From positions 54,872,001 to 54,936,000 of the forward strand of contig CM059438.1 of assembly GCA_030390025.1 (NCBI GenBank): a DNA stretch of 64,000 nucleotides, given 5' to 3'. Positions within the stretch are counted from its first letter, which is position 1, and the number at the start of each line of letters is the position of its first letter. Positions 49,423-61,546 of this stretch are shown piece after piece. Origin of the DNA: Squalus acanthias (lineage: Eukaryota). The notes beneath the pieces are model-generated. The model was not told the origin of the DNA. It saw nothing but the letters and a program-made list of their open reading frames with translations, and made no database searches. A program made the position numbers and the translations under genes.

Positions 49423-51192
49423 GGCTGCGATTTTGCCGGCACTCAGAGTGCGGGTTCGGAGGTGGGTCCGCTGTCAAAATTGAAATGACTGTCAGCGGGT
49501 TGGGAACCCGCTCCGAACCCGCCTCCATGTCAGTTTCCAAAGTGTCGGGTCTGCGATTTCAGAACAGACTCGACACCAAGCGGCGGGGGAATCAATTAAG
49601 ATAGTTAAATGCTCATTAAACGCTTGTTAACTACTATTTTGCCAGCCTATTTCTATTTTCCCACTTTTTTAACGGACTTCACGTCGTTCGGAGATCATGT
49701 CAGGTACAGTAAATAGGTCGGGTTCTCTATGTCTCCCCATTGCTGTGAATAGGTGACAGTTGCAAAAGTGGTATGAAAGCTACCATTTCACAGCTGGTCA
49801 CTTTCCAATGTCAGAAGCTTGAGCCTTCAGGACATGTAAGACACTTTTGAGCTGTATGCAGTTTGGAAGTGTTTGGAGTAAACTCTCTATCCACTGTCAC
49901 CTCCTTGGAGCAAGCTCTCTCACCATTGACAGGTCGCTTCTGTCATCTCAACTTCAGCTGCCATCTATTCCAGCAACATCGGTGCCCTTGAAAAAATCTC
50001 ACCTTGGTCCTCAGAATCCCACCACGATCAGCTCCAACACCAACATCACCAGGCACACCAACAACAATACCAACCTTCTCCGCCATCACCTGATGCTGCA
50101 CAGTACACAGGGCATCAGCATCCGACAACATGCTGCCCGGGAGGCCAGTGATGGCATCACCATGGCCAAATTTACTTCACTTGACGCTGTACGCCCTGGC
50201 TGCCACATGCCAGGTTGACATCACCCCACACCAGCACCATAAAGCAACCCTACAATGTCCAAGCCATTCCTTTCACACTCATCACAATTGGGGGTGGGTG
50301 GGGGAAGTTATGTCTCAACATTTACTGGAACTCATTAAGACACTTCCACAGATGAGCACAGATCTGTCCAATAAGGTAAAGTGTTGAAAATATAGATTTC
50401 AATGTTTGACAACACATTAATAGAAACTTCACATGAACATTGGCTAAACCACCCAGGTGCCTACCCTTTTGTGTTGTTAATTCGTATGCTTGCAGTAGGT
50501 TGAGGGTGAGTGTGAGGGGTGGCTAATGAGATGGGGAAGTGATAATGTAGATAGAGAGGGATGGGTGGAGGTGCAAGGTAAGTTGGTGTGAGTAAGGATG
50601 TGCAGGAGTAGGGTAGGGAAGGCAGAGTGATGGGGATATGATGAGTGGCAAAGCAGGATGAGGTTGAGTGTGGCTTGGCAGTAACGTTTCGTGATCTGTT
50701 CAGATCATTGAAAGGCTTGTGCCACTGCAGCCTGGTCCTTCTGACGACATCCCTGCTTCTGCCCTCCTGTGCAATCAGGCTGCGTTGATCTCCTGGGGAG
50801 GTCTCTTCCGCCCATGGGAAGGAAAGAGAACCTTCCTACGTGCTGTGACTCCCTCCATCAGCAGGTCATAAGCATATGGAGGGAGTCATGGGAGAGCCTG
50901 GGTGCAGCCGTGCACCTTTGTGCAGTGCTTGTCAGTGTTTGCAGCACCTCAATACTGTAGATCACTGACAGCAGAACTGTCAAGATCAATTTGGACATGG
51001 CCCCTTTAAGGAAACCGGCTGATGACACGTTATCAAATGACATCATCAGACCCGCTTCCTATTAATTGGCCGGGAACCTCGCAGGGCGGGGCTTAACAAG
51101 CCCACTCAACGAAAAATCGCTTGGAGAGTGCGGGCTGGAGCAGGCAGCGGGCTGGGACCGCGGCACCGACCCCGGCCGGCGAAATCGCGGCC
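49423..51192. mobile_element. Harbinger-type DNA transposon derivative with degenerate Myb-like gene remnant (-, about 50690-50930)
   Basis: 18-bp TIRs GGCTGCGATTTTGCCGGC / GCCGGCGAAATCGCGGCC (16 of 18 match) and TTA TSD. Confidence 0.82.
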
Positions 51193-51410
51193 TTAGAATC
51201 CATACCTTGAGATAAAATTAGTGAGCATTTAACAATGCACGAGTTAATCAGGGATAACCAGCACAGATTTATTAAATAAAAACAGAAAATGCTGGAAATA
51301 CTCAGCAGGTCAGGCAGCATCTGTAGAGAGAGAGTTAACGTTTCAGGTTGGCCTGAAGCATTAACTCTGTTTCTCTCTCTACAGATGCTGCCTGACCTGC
51401 TGAGTATTTC

Positions 51411-53997
51411 ATAGAAATATAGAACATAGAAAAATAGGAGCCGGAGTCGGCCATTCGCCCCTTCGAGCCTGCTCCGCCATTCAATATGATCATGGCTGAT
51501 CCTCTATCTCAATACTATATTCCCGCTCTCTCCCCATACCCCTTGATGCCTTTTATGTCTAGAAATCTATCTATCTCCTTCTTAAATATATTCAGTGACT
51601 TGGCCTCCACAGCCTTCTGGGGTAGAGAATTCAACCGGTTCACCACCGAGTGAAGAAATTTCTCCTCATCTCAGTCCTAAATGTCCTACCCTGTATCCTG
51701 AGACTGTGACCCTCGTTCTCGAACCCCCAGCCAGTGGAAACATCCTCCCTGCATCCAGTCTGTCTAGCCCTGTCAGAATTTTATACTTTTCAATTAGATC
51801 CCCTCTCATTCTTCTAAACTCTAGTGAATACAGGCCTAGTCGACCCAATCTCTCCTCATACGACAGTCCTGCCATTCCAGGAATCAGTCTGGTGAACCTT
51901 TGCTGCACTCCCTCTATGGCAAGTATATCCTTTCTTAGGTAAGGAGACCAAAACTGCACACAGTACTCCAGCTGTGGTCTCACCAAGGCCCTGTATAACT
52001 GTAGTAAGACATCCTTACTCCTGTACTCAAATCCTCTTGCAATGAAGGCCAACATACCATTTGCCTTCCTAACTGCTTGCTGTACCTGCATGTTTTCTTT
52101 CAGTGACTGGTATACAAGGACACCCAGGTCCCTTTGTACATCAACATTTCCCAATCTAGCACCATTTAAATAATACTCTGCCTTTCTGTTTTTCCTACCG
52201 AAGTGGATAACTTCACATTTATCCACGTTATACTGCATCTGCCATGTATTTGCCCAGTCACTCAACTTGTCTAAGTCGCCTTGAAGCCTCTTTGCATCCT
52301 CCTCACAACTCAATCCCACCTAGTTTTGTGTCGTCGGCAAACTTGGAAATATTACATTTGGTTCCCTCATCCAAATCATTGATATATATTGTGAATAGCT
52401 GGGGCCCAAGCACTGATCCCTGCGGTACCCCACTAGTCACCGCCTGCCACCCCGAAAAAGACCCATTTATTCCTACTCTCTGTTTCCTGTCTGTTAACCA
52501 ATTTTCAATCCATGCCAGTATATTACCCCCAATCCCATGTGCTTTAATTATTCACACTAACCTCTTATGTGGGACTTTATCAAAGGCCTTCTGAAAATCC
52601 AAATACACCACATCCACTGGTTCTCCCTTCTCTATTCTACCAGTTACATCCTCAAAAAACTCCCGTAGGTTTGTCAAACACGATTTCCCTTTCATAAATC
52701 CATGTTGACTTTGTCTAATCCCGTTGATAATTTCTAAGTGTCCTGTTATCACATCCTTTATAATAGACTCTAGCATTTTCCCTACTACTGATGTTAGGCT
52801 AATCGGTCTGTAGTTCCCTGTTTTCTCTCCCTCCTTTTTTAAATAGTGGGGTTACATTTGCCACCCTCCAATCTGCAGGAACTGTTCCATAATCTATAGA
52901 ATTTGGAAGATGACAACCAATGCATCCACTATTTCCATGGCTACCTCTTTTAGTACTCTGGGACGCAGATTATCAGGCCCTGGGGATTTATCGGCTTTCA
53001 GTCCCATTAATTTCTCCAGCACTATTTTTTTTACTAACACTAATTTCCTTTAATTCCTCCTTCTCACTAGACCCTTGATTCCCTAGCATTTACATAAGAA
53101 CATAAGAAATAGGAGCAGGAGTAGGCCAATCAGCCCCTCGAGCCTGCTCCGCCATTCAATAAGATCATGGCTGATCTGATCCTAACCTCAAATCTAAAGA
53201 ACACAAGAAGTAGGAGCAGGCCACTCAGCCCCTGGGCCCGCTCCGCCACCCACAGGGCCTTGACCGATCCGAACTCAGCCTCATGTCCAATTTCCTGCCC
53301 GCTCCCCGTAACCCCTAATTCCCTTTACTTCTAGGAAACTGTCTATTTCTGTTTTAAATTTATTTAATGATGTAGCTTCCAGCTTCCTGGGGCAGCAAAT
53401 TCCACAGACCTACTACCCTCTGAGTGAAGAAGTTTCTCCTCATCTCAGTTTTGAAAGAGCAGCCCCTTATTCTAAGATTATGCCCCCTAGTTCTAGTTTC
53501 ACCCATCCTTGGGAACATCCTCACCGCATCCACCCAATCAAGCCCCTTCACAATCTTATATGTTTCAATGATCGCCTCTCATTCTTCTGAACTCCAATGA
53601 GTAGAGTCCCAATCTACTCAACCTCTCCTCATATGTCCACCCCCTCATCCCCGGGATTAACCGAGTGAACCTTCTTTGTACTGCCTCGAGAGCAAGTATG
53701 TCTTTTCTTAAGTATGGACACCAAAACTGTATGCAGTATTCCAGGTGCGGTCTCACCAATACCTTATATAACTGCAGCAATACCTCCCTGTTTTTATAAT
53801 CTATCCCCCTAGCAATAAAAGCCAACATTCCGTTGGCCTTCTTGATCACCTTTCTGGGAAGTTATTTGTGTCCTCTTCCGTGAAGATAGAACCAACGTAT
53901 TTGTTTAATTGCTCTGGCATTTCCTTGTTGCCCATTATAAATTCTCCCGTTTCTGACTGTAAGGGACCTACATTTGTCTTCACTAATTTTTTTTTAC
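51411..53997 (-). mobile_element. CR1 copy E, 5'-truncated, interrupted by copy F
   Basis: RT motifs on the minus strand; tail at 51411; 5-bp TSD ATTTC. Confidence 0.9.
53092..53850 (-). mobile_element. CR1 copy F (3' fragment) nested in copy E
   Basis: IKKANGMLAFI...LEYCIQFW; own 3' UTR and (TTCTTATG)n tail; possible TSD TTT. Confidence 0.88.
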
Positions 53998-54774
53998 ATT
54001 TCCAGCATTTTCTGTTTTTATTTCAGATTTCCAGCATCCGCAGTATTTTGCTTTTACAGATTTATTAAAGGCAAGTTATGTCTGACAAATTTAAGAGAGA
54101 TTTTTGAAGAAGTGACTGAATGGATAAAAGGAATGCAGTAAACGTGGATTTTTTAGAAGGTGTTTGATAAGGTGTCTCACAGAAGGCTTATTATAAAAAT
54201 TCAGACATATGGTATGAGGTGAAGTAGCAGCATGGATAGAAAGATGGTTACTGAGAGGAAACAAAGAGTTATCGTTGCTGGTTCTTGTTTGGATTGGAGA
54301 AGGGTCGGAGGTGGTGTAGCCTTAGGGTCAAGCTCTGGGTCCACTTTTGTCCTTGGTATATATAGATGATTTGGACATGGATATAGGGAACACAATCTTG
54401 AAATTTGCCTACAACGCAAAATGAAGGTGTTGGCAAACAGTGAGGTGGACTGTAAAAGACTTTGGGAAGGTAGATGGCCTAATTGTAACTACGTGCAGTT
54501 TTTAGTGGTACTGGTGTGAGTTAGAAACTAGCTTGCTACTCCAGAAATGAGGCCTGGGCTATTTTAACAGGAAGATACAGAACTATGGGGAGAGAGCAGA
54601 GAAGTAGGATTAGTTTGGGATTGTTCTACCAAAGAGCTGGCACAGACACAATGGGCCTCATGGCCTCATTCTGCGCTGTAAACCTCTATGCTTCTACAGT
54701 TAAGGAGTCCCACACTGTCAGAGATACTGAGCCCCCTTGGAGAAACACACTGAATTACCAAGAAAATTGCTTAC

Positions 54775-54923
54775 CTCTTCACCTGTTCCTTGCATTACCT
54801 CCAAGGGAATAGCATAGATCTTGTTGTGCATTTCAACCGTTCGCCTCTTGCCGCTACGAATCTTCACAAGTAGAACACGGAAGTTGGTTCCACCAAGGTC
54901 AAGGGCCACAAAATCCCCATTTT
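54775..54923 (-). CDS. HK1: Hexokinase exon 11 equivalent (149 bp; phosphate-1 ATP-binding motif)
   Basis: [55 protein letters not shown] and [13 protein letters not shown] favour HK1 over HK2/HKDC1; AG/GT boundaries. Confidence 0.93.
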
Positions 54924-56365
54924 CTGTTAACAAATGTTGAAGAACCTTAGTATATGCTTTTGATCCTTGCTTTTGTAAAAATTGGGTTTACTTTATTAAA
55001 AGGTAAAAGATAAGCATGGTTTTCCTTTGGATACTATTCTGGACTGGCACTCATAAATTTTCACACTGCATTTCAGTGTAGCACCCAATCAATCATTCTT
55101 GGTACCTACGTAAATAAGAAAAGATATAAAGGCAGAGGAAAATGTACAGAGCGCCCTGTCGTGTCTCAAAGTCCTGAAGTTTTATACAATTAATTATTTT
55201 TGGAGAGACTGTTATTAATTCATTAGTTGTGAAGCGCTTTGAAAATCATGAGGATGTGATGAGGCGCTACATAAAAGCACGCTCTCGCTACATCATTCTT
55301 GCCTGTTGGCTCTCAAGCTAATACAAGGAATTATTGTTGTTGTTGTTGACAGTTCAGTGTAAACTGAGAGAATGCTGCATTGTTGGAGGTGTCATTTTTT
55401 GGATGAGACGTTAAATTGAGGACCCACCTGTCTGCTCAAGGGGACAGAAAAGATCCCATAGCATTTTAGACAAAAATGTATTGCATTTTTGATTTGGGTT
55501 CTTTATGGCTAGAAACAGCAGGTAAGGGGTTAAAATCCCACAGGCACACAGGATAGTTCTCAACAGAAAAGTATTCAGCTCAGAGACCACCAAACAAGCT
55601 GTCTGTGAGGTTTTAATTAGTCAGAGGCATCACAGGCAATCACAACTACCCTTGCCATTGACAAAGGTTGGCTATCTATTTAATAGTGAAATGCAGCCTT
55701 TTCTGAATGGCTGTTGATTGAACAGTGTAATAATGAGAGATGCAGTTAGCTGTCCATTGCTGTATTCAGAACTATTCGTCAGCCTTCAGATATCTAGCCT
55801 GATAGTTGTTTTAAGATTATGAGAGCTGTAGAGAAACTGAGCTAGCTTTTAGAATACAGCTTGCTTCACAGCACAGGGAGCGGGTTTCTCTTTTAAAGTC
55901 TACATTGAGAGAAAAAGTGAGTGTTGGATTTGTTATTTAACGTACTGAAGAGGATGGTGACGTGTTCTACACTATATACTGTTCATTTACCTATTTTCTG
56001 TAAGAAAACCACGTTTGGTTCCAAGTCTCGGTCTGATAGTTTTAGTGCTTACATAGACAATTTCAAAGTTAAGTGCTGAAATAGTAGTGTTACAACAGAG
56101 TGTCGTTTAATTGGACAGGGGGCGTGAGCGTACACAAGATATATAGATGCAGGTAGATAGATGGACAGATTAGTAAATTAACATTATTGGTAGGATAGAT
56201 TTTTATTTGTATTCATCATTATTACTATGGATTGCCAGCATTATTATTGCTGAAGGGAATAACTAGGACTTGGGTGGCACTGTGTAGGTCTGAATGCTGA
56301 TGGAGTATGAGGCTCGAGGCCAGGAGACAGGGAGATTCGAAATAATGACAGGTAACAGTCAGATA

Positions 56366-57527
56366 GGAGCTGAGGCTTGGAGGCAGCAAGGTTGGGGCTG
56401 AGGGTCAGAGGGAGCAAGGTTGGGGCTGAGGCTCGGAGGCAGCAAGGTTGGGGCTCAGGGTCGGAGGGAGCAAGCTTGGAGCTGAGGGAGCAAGGTTGTA
56501 GTGAGGCTCAGAGGGAGCAAGGTTGGAGCTGAGGGTCGGAGGGAGCAAGGTTGGAGCTGAGGCTCGGAGGGAGCAAGGTTGGAGCTGAGGCTCGGAGGGA
56601 GCAAGGTTGGAGCTGAGGGTCGGAGGGAGCAAGGTTGGAGCTGAGGGTCAGAAGGAGCAAGGTTGGAGCTGAGGGTCGGAGGGAGCAAGGTTGGAGCTGA
56701 GGCTCGGAGGGAGCAAGGTTGGAGCTGAGGGTCGGAGGGAGCAAGGTTGGGGCTGAGGCTCGGAGGGAGCAAGGTTGGGGGTGAGGCTCGGAGGGAGCAA
56801 GGTTGGGGCTGAGGGTCGGAGGGAGCAAGGTTGGAGCTGAGGGTCGGAGGGAGCAAGGTTGGGGGTGAGGGTCGGAGGGAGCAAGGTTGGGGGTGAGGCT
56901 CGGAGGGAGCAAGGTTGGGGCTGAGGCTCGGAGGGAGCGAGGTTGGGGGTGAGGCTCGGAGGGAGCAAGGTTGGGGGTGAGGCTCGGAGGGAGCGAGGTT
57001 GGGGGTGAGGCTCGGAGGGAGCAAGGTTGGGGGTGAGGCTCGGAGGGAGCGAGGTTGGGGGTGAGGCTCGGAGGGAGCGAGGTTGGGGCTGAGGGTCGGA
57101 GGGAGCAAGGTTGGAGCTGAGGGTCGGAGGGAGCAAGGTTGGGGGTGAGGGTCAGAGGGAGCAAGGTTGGAGCTGAGGCTCGGAGGGAGCAAGGTTGGAG
57201 CTGAGGCTCGGAGGGAGCAAGGTTGGGGCTGAGGGTCGGAGGGAGCAAGGTTGGAGCTGAGGCTCGGAGGGAGCAAGGTTGGAGCTGAGGCTCGGAGGGA
57301 GCAAGGTTGGAGCTGAGGGTCGGAGGGAGCAAGGTTGGGGGTGAGGGTCGGAGGGAGCAAGGTTGGAGCTGAGGCTCGGAGGGAGCAAGGTTGGGGCTGA
57401 GGGTCGGAGGGAGCAAGGTTGGGGGTGAGGGTCGGAGGGAGCAAGGTTGGAGCTGAGGGTCGGAGGGAGCAAGGTTGGGGGTGAGGGTCGGAGGGAGCAA
57501 GGTTGGGGCTGAGGCTCGGAGGGAGCA
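56366..57527. repeat. G-rich 28-bp minisatellite (GGAGGGAGCAAGGTTGG[A/G]G[C/G]TGAGG[G/C]TC), about 41 copies
   Basis: Direct tandem repetition. Confidence 0.96.
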
Positions 57528-58058
57528 GGATCACTGCTGAAATGAATAAAGTCGGGAGTTTTTGCATGTTACAGTTTTCCTCCTAACAGAGGCATTTGCC
57601 CTTTTAAAATAAATGGGTTAATGACTCCATTAAAATAGCAGAGGAAGCCGATCAGGTGAATGTGCTGTGTTTGTACACTAGGATCCCACAGCATCATTTC
57701 AGGCCGCTATAGCATTTATTCAGTGCACTTACATACCCAGTTCCAAAACCTCCATTAGCTGCTACTCAGACCTGCTCCTAAAGCAGGGCCCATTTTTTTA
57801 TTCATTCATGGGATGTGGGCGTTGCTGGCAAGGCCAGCATTTATTGCCCATCCCTAGTTGCCTTTGAGAAGGTGGTGGTGAGCCACCTTCTTGAACCGCT
57901 GCAGTCCGTGTGGTGAAGGTACTCCCACAGTGCTGTTAGGGAAAGAGTTCCAGGATTTTGACCCAGCGACGACGAAGGAACGGTGATATATTTCCAAGTT
58001 AGGATGAAAGTGAGAAGTCGCACAACACCAGGTTATAGTCCAACAGTTTTATTTGAAA

Positions 58059-58096
58059 TCACAAGCTTTCGGAGCTGCTGCTCCTTCGTCAGGTGA
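58059..58096 (-). ncRNA. Minimal type I hammerhead ribozyme motif
   Basis: TCAC-CTGACGA-A-GGAGC agca GCTCC-GAAA-GC-TT-GTGA. Confidence 0.65.
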
Positions 58097-58244
58097 AGTG
58101 AAGAAATACAAATGGGCACAGCATATATAGACAGAGAACAATGCCTGTGTAGAGAACAATGCCAGACGACTACAGTTAATCTTTCTAACTGCCTTTTATC
58201 ACACCTCAGCAGAGAAACAATCAGGTCATTTGTATTCCTTCACT

Positions 58245-58281
58245 TCACCTGACGAAGGAGCAGCGCTCCGAAAGCTTGTGA
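58245..58281 (+). ncRNA. Minimal type I hammerhead ribozyme motif
   Basis: TCAC-CTGACGA-A-GGAGC agc GCTCC-GAAA-GC-TT-GTGA. Confidence 0.65.
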
Positions 58282-59280
58282 TTTCAAATAAAACTGTTGG
58301 ACTATAACCTGGTGTTGTGCGACTTCTCACTTTTGTCCACCCCAGTCCAACACCGGCATCTCCACATCAGGTCAGGATGGTGTGTGACTTGCAGGGGAAC
58401 TTGGAGGTGGTGGTGTTCCCATGCGCCTGCTGCCCTTGTCCTTCTAGGTGGTGGTGGTTGCGGGTTTGGGAGGTGCTGCCGAAGAAGCCTCGGCGAGTTG
58501 CTGCAGTGCATCTTGTAGATGGTACACACTGCAGCCACGGCACGCTGGTGGTGGAGGGAGTGAATGTTTAAGGTGGTGGATGGGGTGTCAATCAAGCAGG
58601 CTGCTTTGTCTTGGATGGTGTTGAGCTTCTGGTAGGATCAACACTGCCCAACTTTAATTACTTATTTCTTTCAGCAGTAGACATTTCAGAAATACATAAA
58701 ATCGAGCTGCACAAACTCCCAGCTCTACCTATTTATTGCTGCACAGAGAGAGATTGTGCCAGGAATAAATACGGCAGCGTTCTCAATGTTTCAGGTGGAC
58801 AACTCAGGTGGATCCTGCTCAGAGCCCAGGAGCATTGGCAGGAAAGCCCAGTTAAACTCTGCAAGCTCGGGAACATCCAGCTCCAGAGAACTTTGTTACG
58901 AGAATTTCTAAGATAAAATAGGTAGGTTTATGGCTTAGCGGAGTCATTTTTCTTTTGAGAATCATTTCACTTTTCTGTGTTCATGTTATCTTATACATAT
59001 GTATTTAATTTTTAAACGTATAGGGGTAGATTTCCCTCTGTTATCCCAACCAACCTTGGGCAGGATAAACAAGTATTAATCGAGACTGGGACACACAAGA
59101 CTAACGCTCTCCTTATCAGCAGTTGAATACAGCTCCCCAGACCGCAAACAGGTAACTTAATACTTCCACTGTCTACAACTTGCATTTATATAGCGCCTTT
59201 ACCATAGTAAAACATCCCAAAGTGCTTAGTCTAGTCTATAGTAAGTACATAAAATAAAGGTTAAGGTATGACTCGGATAC

Positions 59281-59585
59281 CTGTCCCATCTGGGGTGCTA
59301 CGAACAAAGGTTGGTAACATTTTCACTGTTGCAACATCATGAGATTTCTTCTGTAAACCCAGCTCCATTTCTGTTCTCATCCTTTTCTTCACCTCAAACA
59401 GCTGCTCTTGTGTGAGTGTGAACGAAGCCAGTGTTTCGTCTATTTCTTTACACTGTGATGCGAGCCTCGCGGCCACTGCAGTCACCATGGCAGCACCTTT
59501 TCCACTGCCACTTTCCGAAAGGAGGAATCGGACCTCACAGTCAGGAACCAGGCGTCTCACTGTTTTCTGGAAGCGCCTGGCAAAT
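59281..59585 (-). CDS. HK1: Hexokinase exon 10 equivalent (305 bp; end of N-terminal half, linker helix, start of C-terminal half)
   Basis: [41 protein letters not shown]...[19 protein letters not shown] boundaries; no upstream exon found in the window. Confidence 0.93.
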
Positions 59586-61546
59586 CTGTAAAAGAGATCG
59601 AACAATAGGAATTCTCCTACGTACAAGTGGAATGTTATTCTAATAACAATTTAACAACCACTAACATAAGAAACAGGCTTCGAGCTGCCCTGATGCCTCA
59701 GTTGGTAAAGCCAGCGTGCTCATGAGCCACACAGTACAGGTCCCAGCTTCAACTCCTGCTCTCTGATGAGTTCGCTGATTTCTGTCAGGGTGGCTATAAT
59801 CAGCCAGGGTTCCTGCTACTAATTGTTCGAAACTGGTCATCATGTGAGATTATGATGGGGCTTGTGTGACCAGTGAAATTTTGCCCTGCTTGCTAACATT
59901 TGTGTGTTCATTTGTATCACTATGTTTCCAAAAGAAACAAACACCAGAGATAAGGTCAATTATTACTGAAAGGACTGTACCATCATTCAAGTAAGAAGAA
60001 GTCTGCATCTTGTAGAATATAGTCAGACTCTTGGCAAGCGTAACTCGATACACATGTTGTAAGTTTTGTTGGTTCTCTGCACAGTGTGAGGATGGAACCC
60101 AGCTACTTTTGAACAAACACAGACTGTCCTTTGTTCAGTTATGTGTGTGACAGGTGGTTATTTCCCAATGTGGCCGACAGTTATTCAGATCCAGGAAGTC
60201 CCGGTAACTGTTTTCGGGGATATTTAAGGAGCTTTAGCTGTTTGAATCAGAGTCCTTTTGGAATTTCGAGGAGGCACAGCTCAGACTGACACAGCTCCCA
60301 CAGTGAGAAGAAGCACAAGGAAAGTAACTCCGGATATATACACACGAGGGGTATTCACAGCTTAGCATTCAGGTTATGGCCTTTCCTTGTTTTCTTTGGG
60401 GAGTGAGATAGAAGGATTTCTACTGTAAATGTATTATATTTTCACTTGTTCATCTTTTGTTAAATAAATTCACTTAATAGTTTAAACCTAAATGAGATCT
60501 TAAGTTTTGATGTTCTACCGCTTATCAAAGATATGGGAGCCAAAAATTCTTGAGTAAGGATAGAAAACATCCAGAATGTATCAGTCCGTATAAAAAGTCC
60601 TGCATTTAGACACAGTACATAAACAAGAGCTCATTCGTATCAATCAGTCCTGTTGAAGAAATGTTGGTGAAAAAGTTTAGAGTTACTGATTTTTAGTATA
60701 AAACCCACCCTCTAGCCTGATGGATCAGTTTGTTTGTTACATTTCCTGAGGTCAGGCCTATGTTTGTTCATTCTCTCTGTAAAATAGAATATTGTTCAGA
60801 ACATTATATTTTGTATCTATAAACATGTGAGAAGCATAAAATTAATTTTAAGGCAGATTATTTAATATCTGTGACTTCTAGATTACTGAGTAAATGGCTA
60901 TTTTATATAGGTCTCTATGTTTGATTATTATAGCTTGATCAATTGGATGACATTTTTTTTTGGTGGCAAGTACAAGTTACTTTTAATCACACTCGCCGAC
61001 ATCTTGTGCCTAATTAAGGTGGAAAGAGAAGGAGAGAGAAGGGAGCTAATGAATGCTGAAACGGTGCAAAATATCCATGAGTACTAGCTAGATTCATACT
61101 GGGAAGTCCTCGTGTCTAATCCTCCCTGTGATGCCCTTCCATGTTAGGATAACTTGCAGACACTCATTGTGCAAGCTCACATAATAATGGCCACTTGAAT
61201 GTGTTACTGGAGGAAGAAGATGGGAGGTGAATAAATCTAGAATATTGTTAAGAAATAACAACAAAGAAACAATAGGGGAAACGAGCCAGAAAATGTTAAC
61301 GTTTAGGATTCTTTTAAACTGCACATCTTTATAACATTGCTATTACAATAATGCTGACATCTGAGCATCATTGCTACTGTGTTTTGAAGTTTTTCAGCAT
61401 CACTGTGTGGAGGTTAATCTCTTTTAAAAAAAAGTCAAGCACAGAACTGTGTGGAGCTGCCAAGAGTCAGGTTAATGATGTAACTGTTATTTTTGAATAT
61501 TGTTAAATGGCCATTCAATTGCAATAACCCATTCATATATGCAGTT

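Larger units (their letters stand above)
51277..54055. mobile_element. Palindromic Penelope-like remnant of a second family (segments 51277-51410 and 53998-54055)
   Basis: Fold-back AAAACAGAAAATGCTGGAAATACTCAGCAGG...CCTGCTGAGTATTTC|CAGCATTTTCTGTTTT; 14-bp TSD ACAGATTTATTAAA. Confidence 0.7.
49300..54690 (+). mobile_element. Very old CR1 RT fragment (segments about 49300-49422, 51193-51276, 54056-54690) hosting nested insertions
   Basis: Degenerate ANVT.LFKKG...GNY, then QH.FIKGK.CLTNL, FDKVSH and CR1-like 3' UTR, colinear across the inserts. Confidence 0.7.
58007..58370. mobile_element. Penelope-like element remnant with about 107-bp inverted arms, each carrying a hammerhead motif
   Basis: Arms 58007-58114 and 58227-58333; unique tail; imperfect TSD GT[T/C]AGGATG. 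Confidence 0.78.
57793..58631 (-). mobile_element. 3' fragment of the second LINE family, interrupted by a Penelope-like insert
   Basis: LNIHSLHHQRAVAAVCTIYKMHCSNSPRLL C-terminal ORF remnant; 3' end matches 39072-39188. Confidence 0.75.

Noticed and set aside
56405..57567. Proline-rich ORFs
   Set aside because: Translation of the G-rich 28-bp minisatellite.
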